A stretch of 64,000 bases of DNA from Oculina patagonica (taxonomy: Eukaryota), in assembly GCF_052425735.1 (NCBI RefSeq), contig NC_135761.1, positions 59,644,001-59,708,000 of the forward strand, read 5' to 3'. Made by a program: the position numbers and the translations under genes. Below the pieces are notes generated by a model, which saw only the letters and a program-made list of their open reading frames with translations, was not told where the DNA came from and did no database searches. Every line of letters begins with the position of its first letter. Positions within the stretch are counted from its first letter, which is position 1. Below are positions 49,541 to 60,151 of the stretch, in pieces.

Positions 49541-51027
49541 CAAAAACCAAACCCTAACGGTCTTTCTATTGTATGGCTGGCAGCATGCAGGCTAAATAAA
49601 ACTAGTTCTAGCAAAACTGCAGGACATTGGCCAAGTTAAGGGGTTGTCATGAGTCACAACTGGTTTAGGGCGACAGGAATTACATGTAGGTGATACTGAG
49701 GAAATTTTCAACATTTAAGGTGGCTACTGACAGTTTAGAGTCCTCACTGTGTACCACTCCGCATAATCACTGATATGTGATACCAGTCCAAAGATCATAA
49801 CGCTAGCTAGCGCTTAACAGGTTACCATGGCAATGAGAAAACCATTTAAAAACAATCTTTGTTTACACTCTAGGGCTCATAACTCAAAAACTTCTGCAAA
49901 GTTTTATTGACTATTTAAATTTTAGGCAGCACAATCTAAACTTTGCAGAAAATTTAATTGTGGCATGCTAATGAATGATTTGCCACTAGTCGGATCCTGT
50001 GTTTTGCGTGGAGGATTCTGGGATCGCTAGGGGGCAAACATTGCAAGTCGCTAGAAGAAGATGTATGGCGAAAAGTTGTTTTGACGCTCAAAAATACGAT
50101 TTTGGAGGGAGATCAAGGCTTTTTCACCAGTATTTTATCAGAAATGGATTTGGGCAATGTTGGTACGTTGAAAGTGTTAGGTTTTGTTTGAATAGCCGTA
50201 AGATATGCGATAAAATCTACCGCTTTTATGAAGGTTTACATGTATTGTGAAATCGACATCGCGTATTAAACTGGGGTCTCGAAATATTATAAAATTGGAA
50301 ATAGCTCAATAAAGCCCTTCCAGTAGATATTTAACGTTTGCACAAGCTGTAAATTTATTAGTCACGTCTTTTATAAACAAATAATTATTATGGCTTCGTA
50401 ATATTAAAGGTGACAGACATTCACAGACTCCTACGATCGTGACTTGTAAATTTCCCAATCGCTTTTGGATTTGGTCGTTTATTAAATCTATTTTGTTTAT
50501 TACTAGTTTATAACGGGAACTATATTCTGTCAGCTGTATTATTAAGAAGTGTTTTAAGCTGAGTAGAGCCCTATCAATGCCGCCAGCAAATGTGTAGAGG
50601 TCGAAGGTCTGCGTTAAGTTCCACGGTAGTACACTTTTACACCTCTGCACTGTATAATTTATTGTTTATATATGAACTTTATGTATTGGCTATTGGAACT
50701 GTTGTGATTTATCTTGGCTCATTTATATTTGCAAGATGTGCTTTAAATTCGTTCTGAAAGGACAAGATCTTAAATTTTCCTTGAAGATGTTGATTAGTAC
50801 AGTGTTGCGTAAATGTGTTGCTTCGTATCGCGGATGACATGTTTATTTTTATTTTGTTTAGCCAGAGGCTGCTTAGCTTTACTTCGAGAAAGATATAACC
50901 TTGTTTTAGAGCCGGCCATGCTCATGACAAATCATCTTTTTTATTTTTGGGCGGGTAGAGTCTTAATATTCCATCGCGAGGAAGAATCTTTTGCCTCTCT
51001 GGGTACCTTCGATAGTTATCACGAATT

Positions 51028-51178
51028 GCAGTCACATCGTTCCAAGGTTACTTCGTTCCAAGTCACATCGTTCCAACTTTTGGTCAGATCGTTCCAAAAA
51101 AAAGTCACTTCGTTCCAACTAAAAGTTACTTCGTTCCAACTAATAGTTACTTCGTTCCATCGAAAAGTCAGATCGTTA
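51028..51178. repeat. Short tandem array of GTYACWTCGTTCCA units
   Basis: Seven to eight copies at 15-22 bp spacing. Confidence 0.85.
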
Positions 51179-52067
51179 TATTAATTTAATAAAGAGAATG
51201 TTTATAAGAAAACATTATCGAAAACATTACTACTCGATGTTGTTAAATTTTGTAATGCATGCGCTCTACCGTTCGTTACGAGCAATACGGTTTTTATTAC
51301 GTCTTAGTTTGCAGTTGTACCTTCCAAATTAATTTGTATGCCTTTACCTGTTTAGAATTCCTTGCGTAGTTTTTTTCTATCAATTGCTTAACACCAAGTT
51401 TATCGAATATTTTCGGTGTCTGTTACGTTATGCGTCGGTGTGATTGAGAAGAAAAGTTCGCCATGTTGAATTGTTTTTGAATCCAGTTCCCTACCGCGTA
51501 TAACGAAAAGTAAAGAAGGGAAGAGAGGGGTGGGGGAGACTTTGGTTATGTTAATGCATCAGTCAATTGAAACCCCGGCCCCCCGACCCCCGGGACTTAC
51601 CGGGGAATTTAACATTTACCAAGTGATAAAACCCGGCTTATTTCCCCGCCCTAGGGGCCTAGACGTCTGTTAAAAGCCCCGCATAGAGGGGGCATCCGAA
51701 TCGACTTTCAGGAAAAAAAAACGGACAAAAATCTTGATTTCGTTGCAGTAACTAACAGGTTTTTAAGAGAGATGCTCAGTGTGGTCTTTCAAGAAAGCTC
51801 GTTCTAATTCAATGGAAAAGATTCTCTTTTACTGATAAGCACATCAAACAGCCATGGGCACGACAATCGCGCAGTTTCTGCTGTCATGTCAAGGCCAAAA
51901 TAGAAAACAAAATAGAAGAAGGCTATCCTTTGGAAACGATTTATTGTCGACGTCTTTTAAACTCATGTGGGACACAAGAAGAGACAAAATAGAAGAATTT
52001 CATCTTAAGGTAAACAGCTTTCACCCTACGATATAATTCACGGCTGAAATCTCAGAAACAGAAGCTA

Positions 52068-53089
52068 CATCAAAGACACCACTCATTTTATAAACTTCGT
52101 TGAAAACACTCCACTTCCAGACAACGCGGTTCTAGTTACTCTAGACGTTTGCTCCCTCTACACTAACATTCCTCAAGAGGAAGGAATAAGTGTTGTTTGT
52201 CAATATTATGAAGAGCATTATCAGTCGAAACCACCGATCCCAACATCATTCTTGGGAGACCTCATGAGACTGATCCTAAAAGAAAACTCTTTTAAATTCA
52301 ACGACAAACATTATTTGCAAACGCACGGAATCGCTATGGGCACCAAAATGGCCGTAGCCTTCGCAGTCATTTTTATGGCTCACATCGAAAAACAGCTACT
52401 CCTAGCCAGCCCACACAAGCCTATACTCTGGAAAAGATTTATCGATGACATATTTTCAGTGTGGACTTTATCCGAGCGAGAAATCAGCGACTTTGTCGAC
52501 TTCGCTAATTTATTCCACGCCACTATCAAATTCACGCATGAAATGTCATCAGAAAAAAATTGTTTTCCTTGACACTGAAGTTTTCAAAGGACCGCGATTC
52601 ACTGACAGCAAAACTCTGGATGTTCAAACTCATTTCAAGCCTACAGAAACTTTCCAATATACGCACTTCTCTTCGTGTCACCCTTTCAGTGTTAAAAAGG
52701 GTTTTATCAAAGGAGAGGCCTTGCGTTTACTGAGAACAAACTCGGTTAAAGAAATTTTCGAGTTACGAAAACTAGAATTTCTGACTCGATTACTCGAGCG
52801 AGGTTACCCTCGGGAACTCGCCGAGAAAATCTTAGCCGAAGTAGACTTCTCAACACGATCTGAGGCGTTACTAAACAAAACTGCAACATCCAACAATGTT
52901 TTGCCTTTTGTCACTACTTTCAACCCGACTGCTCCGAATCTTAAAAAGATTCTAATGAAACACTGGCATCTCATAACTGAGAACAACAAACTCGCTCAAA
53001 CATTTTCTAAACCTCCAATTGTCGCTTATCGGAAGGACAAGTCTCTGAAAGACATTTTAGTCAGAGCAAAAATTCCTTCCCAGATTTAA
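52068..53089 (+). pseudogene. Penelope-like element reverse transcriptase, 5'-truncated, one frameshift at A7 52553-52559, no GIY-YIG
   Basis: IKDTTHF, LDVCSLYTNIP, QTHGIAMGTKMA, RFIDDIF, FLDTEV, KPT..QYTHFSSCHP; ends LKDILVRAKIPSQI*. Confidence 0.88.
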
Positions 53090-53804
53090 CAACAACATTT
53101 AGGAGTTATATACGGTAAGGGTCGAGTGACAATATTATAAAACATACCGCACAATGATGACAGTGATCGCTACCGGCTGGGCATACAAAATTATTTGTAT
53201 AACTTAGCATAGAAATAATCCTGTACACACGTAAATACAACCCAAAAGGCTTTATTAAGTAATTTCCTCCCGATATATACCTAACTTGTAATATTTCGAG
53301 ACCATTTTGAGATGTCAATTTCAAAATAAACCTTACGAAAGCAAGGAGACCAAGGAGGTTTAGGTTTATCGGTAAACTTGATCACATATTTTCACGGTTA
53401 TTCAAACAAAAACTTGCACTTTTGAGTATCAACAATGCCCAAATCCATTCCTGATAAAATACTCGCGAAAAAGCGTTGATCTCTCTCCAAAATCGTATTT
53501 TTGAGCGTCAAAACAACTTTTCGCCATACATTTTCTTCTAGCGACTTGCAATGTTTGCCCCCTAGCGATCCCAGAATCCTCCACGCAAAACACAGGATCC
53601 GATTAGTGGCAAATCATTCATTGTTCTCCAAGAATATATTAGGGGTCACCAATGTTGTTTTTTTTCTTTTGAGTTGCATGTATGAATTCCTATGGCCAAA
53701 ATGACATGCTTAAATGGTTCTCTAATTTCTATGGCAACCGAATAGGTCTTTCAAATGATGTTATATTTAAGGCAGACAAAAAGCATCGGGTTCCATCTTT
53801 GTAC

Positions 53805-55152
53805 TTAATCTGAAATTTGAAGGAGGTTGCAGTACTTATTGCATTTGTGGTCTGCTAAAAAGTTCGCAATGGCGTCCGTAGATAAATTCCCAGAACAGAA
53901 CAGAATGGAGTTGTCAGTGGCGTCAGTCAAGCTGGCACTTGCTATTTCTGGATCACAGAGGTCATAGTCAATGCCTTGTATATCTAAAACCATCAGTTGT
54001 TTGCTTGACTTAACGTAGGTAAAGTGAACGAACGCTTCAGCTTTGGAGATGATCTCGCTACTGCCGGCATAACTGCATCTTTTGAAAAGTGCCATCCAGG
54101 AAGTTTTCGACGGTAACGAATTCGCCGTTCAACACTGAATAATACACTTTTGTATAGGTAAAGCTTTTACCAAATTCTAAAGCGGGCTTATCCGTCTCCA
54201 TGATTTGGGCGAAATTACGTGCGAGCGCATTCATCTGAACAGCTTTCCTGTTGTGTGCCTCCGTAGAAACAAACAACTTTTCAATATCAGCGATTCGATC
54301 TTCTCTATACTTTTTCAGCACATATTTCCCAGGAGGTAGGCCAGACATCGAAGTCGCTATGTAGGCGTCACGGAAGCCGCCACTCGCAAAAGAACTCTTA
54401 TCCAAAGATAAGGTGACCTCGATAGGTTGTTGCCATTCTCGCTTTGAAATGGAAAACTCTTCCAAGTGCAACTTTACCACCTCGAATTTTGGCAGGATCA
54501 ACCGCCCCAACTTCAACATTTGACTAAGCGGAACAGAGGTCGCAACAGTACATGCTGCTTTCAGTTGGCTGGCCTTCTGCGGGCTAGCCGGGGAGCTATT
54601 CGCAACTACTCGAGTGCTTCGGCCAGGGAGGATAACTGAACTTCGATCCATGCCAGTGTTTACATTCTCAATGAAGCGAATGTGGACCAGTTTCCAATTT
54701 TTTATCTGTGAAGCGTCCGTATACGAAGGACCGCGTTCCCCCGCAAGCAAGTCAGGAAAGATTTCCGCACAGCCCCCTACATTAATTATGTATGCAACTG
54801 TTTCATACTATCACTATACACAAGCAGCAATCATGAAAAGAACGAATCAGTCAGAATATTGTATGCATAATTAATGTAGGGGGCTGTGCGGAAATCTTGC
54901 CGCAAGTCACATTCCATTTGCGTACCGAAATGCGCTTTACAGGCATCTTTGATGTTTTCTAATGTTGGTTCTTTTTTCCAGAGGAACCATAGTTAGAGGG
55001 CCAATTCTCGAATACTTTTGGCATTTACCCTCGACACTTGACGATAGCCTTTGCACAGTGATGTAATCAGTCGGCATGCCATCCTCTCGTTTGCCCATTC
55101 GTTTCTTCGAAGTCTTTTCTTTGAAGTCCGCCCATTTCCTTTTCCCAGACAT
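53805..55152 (-). pseudogene. Alpha-kinase (eEF2K/MHCK/ALPK family), intronless, ~400 aa when repaired; disrupted
   Basis: FASGGFRDAY (Gly loop), YVLKKY (catalytic Lys), VENFL, AEAFVHFTY, LMVLDIQG, LCDPEI, GNL and HKCNKYC zinc site. Lesions: +1 at 54972-54977, MITE 54755-54901, frameshifting deletion at ~54080. Confidence 0.9.
54755..54901. mobile_element. 147-bp MITE (GG..CC termini, 8-bp TSD; Merlin-like) inserted in the alpha-kinase CDS
   Basis: TIR GGMAAGATTTCCGCACAGCCCC(C)TACATTAATTATG; TSD GCAAGTCA at 54747-54754 and 54902-54909. Confidence 0.88.
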
Positions 55153-56156
55153 ACTCAGCAGTTTTATAAGATGTGTTTCAGGTCTGGTCAAGGGAAACAA
55201 GCACAAAAAGAGCGGGACGTAAATGAACGGTCGCGAGCGTGCGTTTAACAGAGAGCCTGGTGACTACTCCTTCCCTGTTCTCAATGCATCATGGGCTATG
55301 GCACTCCTGGGCCACGGAGTTTTTTTTTTTTTTTTTTTTTTTTTGCTATGGCACTTGTGGGCCATAGCCGTTTTTTATTTTTTATTTTTTTAAAAAAAAT
55401 AAAATAAAAATTAAATGAAAAAAGATAAGTAAAGTAAAATAAAAATAAAAGAAATAAACTGGAAAAGAATAAAAAAAAATAGAAAAATAAAATAAAAATT
55501 AAATGAAAAAAGATAAATAAAATAAAAATAAAAATAAAAGAAATAAAATGAAAAAGAATAAAAAAATAGAGAAAAAATATAAAATAAGTATAAAACAATA
55601 AAAAATATATCTAAAAAAAGGAAAAAATGTTAAAATACAGCGTAAAATACTATGGCACTGATGGGCCACCATACATATGTAATTGGGTCATTAGCGTGCT
55701 TAAAACTCGCGTATGATAAACAATTTCGAAAATTTCAGATTTAAAGACATCCTGCGAGCAGACTCCCTTTTAACTTTCCTGCGGCTGAAATTTATTTTCA
55801 AGCATATCAGTGAAAAATAAAATGGCTCTGCTCGCAGGGTGAATAAAAGATCGAACTTTAAAATGTTTTTCTCGATTTTGAGCGTTTGTAAGATGTTTTT
55901 ATTGAAAGCTCCAAAAAGAGCTAAGATTTAGTAACTAATTTTACAGCTTAAAAGGGGTTTAAAATGGTTTCAAACTCGGAGCGCAAATAAAATTTAAAAG
56001 CGTGAAATATTTCGTCTGATATCGACTTCAACAGTCAATGAGGTGGTGTTTTTTTAGATGAATGTTAAGAAGACATTTTAATGTCTCGGGGGAGTTAAAA
56101 TTCTGTCATAAATTGGAGCTCATTCAAAACCATTGTCTCTATTTAACAAAGGTTTT

Positions 56157-56427
56157 CTGAGTTTTATCTCAATGGCCTCTTTTACCCGGCGTTTAAAGGT
56201 GTTGATTTCGGTGGCTAACACAGTGCAACAAGGAGTACGTTGGCGAAACGTCTCGTTTACTGGAAACCAGAATGAAAGAACATCAGTCGAGAAACTCGTC
56301 AGTCATTCATGAGCATTGTCGACTGGAGGGCCACTCGGTAGACACAAGCAAGACAAAAGTGTTAGCCATCGAAATCAACACCTTTAAACGCCGGGTAAAA
56401 GAGGCCATTGAGATAAAACTCAGATAA
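56157..56427 (+). mobile_element. Penelope GIY-YIG endonuclease fragment with inverted 5' duplication
   Basis: 56221-56427 translates QCNKEYVGETSRLLETRMKEH..IHEHC..KVLAIEINTFKRRVKEAIEIKLR*; its last ~65 bp are inverted at 56157-56221. Confidence 0.82.
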
Positions 56428-56649
56428 GTTCGCCTGTTAAAGATCATTTCGACGAATTACTACTCGATTTGTTCCCAGGAAACCAATTTCCGAGAATATA
56501 ATGTAAGTATTGCAAATTGCTTTTGACAGCTGTTTGTATTAGCCAAACATAGAGGTTTTGTTCTTGATTACTCCGTGTCGCTACTTTTTCTGTAACTCAC
56601 TTTCCTATTTGCATCGTTTTAAATTCCATTTCCGCTTCTCTGTGTTTAA

Positions 56650-57205
56650 GAGCCTGTTTATATGAAAAAGAGTTGTCCCTGGTAGGAGGGTTACCCTCTC
56701 CCCCGAGCCAACTTTGGCCGAGCGTTTATATGAGAAAGTTGTCCCTGTTGACCGAGCCAAAACTTGGCCCTCTCGGTTCAAAAGACTGGCGAGAGTTGTT
56801 TTGAAACATCTATTATGGCTGCTTTTTCTAAAATCAGGAACGCTGAAACTTCGACCAAGACCACATTTTGGACAAAACTACCACCGACTTCGATTTCAAT
56901 TTATCTGCAACTTTGTTTTGGCTGATTGTAGCGTTTGCGCATGCTCCGTATGTGTCAACTTGTCCCTGGTAGGCGAGGCAAAAATAACCAAACTGTTTAT
57001 ATGGAAAAAAGTTGGCTCGCTCCCCAGGGTCACCCTCCCTTCAAAGCGAGTGACCCTCCACCTCCTAGCCAACTTTACAATTTCTCATGTAAACGGTTCA
57101 CAGCTATTTATAAAGAAGCGTATGAAAAGCTCTCTCGCCTGGGGTGGCTCTGTATGGAGGGTAACCCTCCTACCAGGGACAACTCTCCTCCATATAAACA
57201 GGCCC
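56650..57205. mobile_element. PIF/Harbinger-type MITE
   Basis: TAA|GAGCCTGTTTATATG..GAGTTGTCCCTGGTAGGAGGGTTACCCTC ... GAGGGTAACCCTCCTACCAGGGACAACTC..CATATAAACAGGCCC|TAA. Confidence 0.85.
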
Positions 57206-59068
57206 TAAGAAATACCAACTGAGTTCTCTAATATTAGTCATAATTTTAATTATTTTTTTCTTTGTTCGTGAGCGGGCGGTATTCTACAAATCCTGCGATC
57301 TAATTGGTTCCGGGAGCGGGGGGCGGTATTCTCCAATCCGGCCCGCTCACAGCGGGCGGTATCCGTTGCGAGATGAATCGTCGAGTGTGTTTTCCGCGCG
57401 AAATTATTTTGCAGCGTTGTACGAACGGTTGTGGTTGTTTGTCTTGTTTGTACATTTCGCAATTATTTTAACGCCATTGCGGTAAGCTGCACCGGGTTTT
57501 AACTTTAATTTTGAGTAACAACTGCCTTTTATCGGCCACTTTTTTGCCAAAACAAAACACTAGTTGACATCATTGAAGAAAATGAGGTTCTTTAATTAAA
57601 AACAGTCAAAATAATTCTCGCAATATTTCTCGCAAACTACGCATTTCATTCAGTTTCACTTTCGCACTGTTCTTTACAAAGAAATTCTGCTGGGAATCAA
57701 CGCAGAGTTTATTAATACGTTAAAAACAATTATGTTAAGCTGTACCGAAACTGTGTTTCAGGAGATAATATTTTTTAGTCCGAGAATTACTATCCTACGA
57801 ACACAATTCCTTTCAAAAAATTCATCGGGAAGCCGAAATCGATTTAAAAGTGTTCAGTTTTGTCAATGATATAAATGCTTTGCCTCGATTTTAAATAACA
57901 AACAGGCAGCATTTTTATTACAATCTTTCTAATCCGTCGATCGACACAACATTAAAATGACGCGCGTATACATACAAAGATTTTTTGAAAAAATCTTCCA
58001 AGGTTTCTTTTAAAAAATGTGCCCTCGGTCTTGGAACCGCCGTTGGCCTGCGGCTTTGGGCGGTATCCAAGACCTCGCGCGGGCACAGTTTTTCCCAATA
58101 CGGACCGACCAAGGCTGGAGAATAACCAATATGTCTGATTATTATATGGCTATAATAGTACGCGCGCTCTGATTGGCTGCTGAGCGGGCATATTTCTGTA
58201 TGACCGGGAATGGGAATTTCTCGGCTCGACGGTTGAGTGTGAGTAAAAGCACAGCGAGGGGGAAAAACAACAAAAAATGCCGACAAATTAACATCTTTCA
58301 ATACAGTAACTGAAAGAAAAAAAGCATACCGAACTTCTAGTATGAGCGACGAGAGAGCCACAGAGAGCGAGAGCGAGTTTACCTCCAGTGTCTGATATAC
58401 TCTGAATAGTGCAAGGCCTTTATCATACCCGCCCGCGGGGATCCGACCTCGACCTGATGAGCCCGCTGCGCCGGCAATACCAAGGCCGGGAGATCCCCGT
58501 GCCTCACCTCGGTTAATAAGTAGTATTTACTTTAAAAACTAGATTCCACAAGCAATTTTTATGAGACCATTTCTATTTGCTCGTGTAGATGAGGAAATGG
58601 CATTTTTTTGTGACAAATATATTCGCTGAGAAACAGGCGTGTTTGCTTTAATGGGTCTTTAATGTGACAAATAAAAGTGGTCTTAAACAAAACATTTTTT
58701 CGTGTAGACAACTTATCACATAAAATGTGACAAATCTAAATTTGCGTCAGCATATGTGGTCCCCAATCTCCTACTGGGTACTGTGCGCGCGTATCTCTGT
58801 GCGTATCTCAGCTGTCTAAGGTCATTACTGGAGCACTTAACTTTGGACTGCATAAAAATCATCACATGAAAAATAGAATTCGCTCCTCTAAACGCGGCTT
58901 AAAAGACTGAGAAAACTCGTTATCTATCTTTATCTTCCAAATTCTAATTTGAAGGTCTATGTTAACAGATGGCCGCTCTTTAATCTGTACCAAGTTGATT
59001 TTGGTACGGACATGGATCTTGACATCTTGTCTAGCCTCTACAACCTCTTGTCTAGCCTCTACGTAAGG

Positions 59069-60151
59069 TCACACTGACACGGGACGAACAACCCGCATTT
59101 CAATCTCTTCTGCTTGTTTAAGACGCTTTCGAAACAGTAGCTGAAGAAATGCCACACGGAACTGTTTGTTTCTTGCTGCGTAAATCAACGGATTAATAAC
59201 TGAATTTAGTAACGTTAACGTGATGACAAAAGAGAAAACTATGTAGGCAAGTTCGCCTCCCATTTTGTCCTCTAATAGTGGGAGAAGTGGAGTGGCCACT
59301 AATATTATCGAAGGGAAGTAACAAATAAATACTGCTAGAATAATAAAACTTGTTGTCTTCAATGCTTTCTTTTCTTTAAGAAAATTCAGTTTTGCTATAA
59401 GTGAAACTTGCTGCGAAATGATTTGATGCTCATGGCGACGTACCTCGATGTAAACAACGATATGAAGAGTTATAATTATAGGAATACTGGAGATAATGAG
59501 AAAATCATCGATTCCAATTGCGATGACTGGAAATTGCACGTGAACATCATAAAATTCCAAGATCGTTAAAATTAGCACTATCAACCAGGTAGTAGCAGAA
59601 GCGATTGCCAAACGTAAGGTAGTGATGTGATTGCCATAAAAGAAAGTATGTCTTATCGCCAAATAACGTTCCAAGCTTATCAACACCAAATGAAACAGCG
59701 ACACACCGCAAAGAATATCAAACATTTTTCCTGAAACCTTTTCAAGTGTACAAAACTGGTCGACAGTAATTCCTCTAAGGAAGTAAATTTTCATTGTAAT
59801 GAAGAGAGGCTGGACTGTCAAACCAACCATGAAATCCGTCGCCGCCAAGCAGACAAGCAAAATGTTTGGTTTTGTTCGAAGACGACGGGTGGATTTTACT
59901 GCCGCCATTACCAAAGCGTTCATGAAAATCGTAAAAGGCAGTGTAATTAGTAAAGCGGTCGTTGTGAAAACGAGAACAATGTCAACAGCGTAAAATAGAT
60001 TCGCGCTTCTTTCCCAGAATGGTGTAATGACTGTCAGACAGTCGTTGAATCCGACCTTGGTGAGCGGCGCTGTGAGATTCATGGTCGTGTACTTGCCTTC
60101 AGCTAGAGTATTGCCCAATATCTTTTCTTCTTCACGGATTGAATTTTCCAT
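59069..60151 (-). CDS. Class A GPCR, paralogue 2 of 36629-37678
   Basis: LAATD, ERY, CYFP, NPLIY; shares KEKKALKTT and YAARNKQFRVAF with paralogues. Confidence 0.92.
   Translation of the reverse strand: MENSIREEEKILGNTLAEGKYTTMNLTAPLTKVGFNDCLTVITPFWERSANLFYAVDIVLVFTTTALLITLPFTIFMNALVMAAVKSTRRLRTKPNILLVCLAATDFMVGLTVQPLFITMKIYFLRGITVDQFCTLEKVSGKMFDILCGVSLFHLVLISLERYLAIRHTFFYGNHITTLRLAIASATTWLIVLILTILEFYDVHVQFPVIAIGIDDFLIISSIPIIITLHIVVYIEVRRHEHQIISQQVSLIAKLNFLKEKKALKTTSFIILAVFICYFPSIILVATPLLPLLEDKMGGELAYIVFSFVITLTLLNSVINPLIYAARNKQFRVAFLQLLFRKRLKQAEEIEMRVVRPVSV

Larger units (their letters stand above)
49970..53622. mobile_element. TIR element (~160-bp TIRs) nested in the large transposon; superfamily unclear
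   Basis: AATGAATGATTTGCCACTAGTCGGATCCTGTGTTTTGCGTGGAGG... mirrored at 53465-53622; no TSD visible. Confidence 0.78.
37929..55674. mobile_element. Large DNA transposon (IS3EU / IS3-IS481-like DDE) carrying an alpha-kinase; ~430-bp TIRs
   Basis: TIRs 37929-38356 and 55254-55674 (GTATGGTGGCCCATCAGTGCCATAGTATTTTACGC...). Direct repeat ATATGTA at 37922-37928 and 55675-55681. Two convergent genes start just inside each TIR. Confidence 0.9.

Noticed and set aside
51028-51178. Regularly spaced short repeats as CRISPR or repeat protein (ORF 50813-51184)
   Set aside because: Spacers are only 1-8 bp; this is a simple subterminal-type tandem array.
53805-54750. Exons of a host TRPM6/7 or eEF2K gene
   Set aside because: No channel or SEL1 exons are nearby, the gaps are a MITE and indels rather than introns, and the gene is enclosed by TIRs.
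37929-55674. Polinton/Maverick or endogenous virus (15-20 kb, long TIRs, integrase-like gene)
   Set aside because: No protein-primed polymerase B, packaging ATPase, protease or capsid is seen; the size comes from nested insertions.
56714-57208. 164-aa ORF
   Set aside because: Lies within a Harbinger-type MITE and has no recognisable motif.
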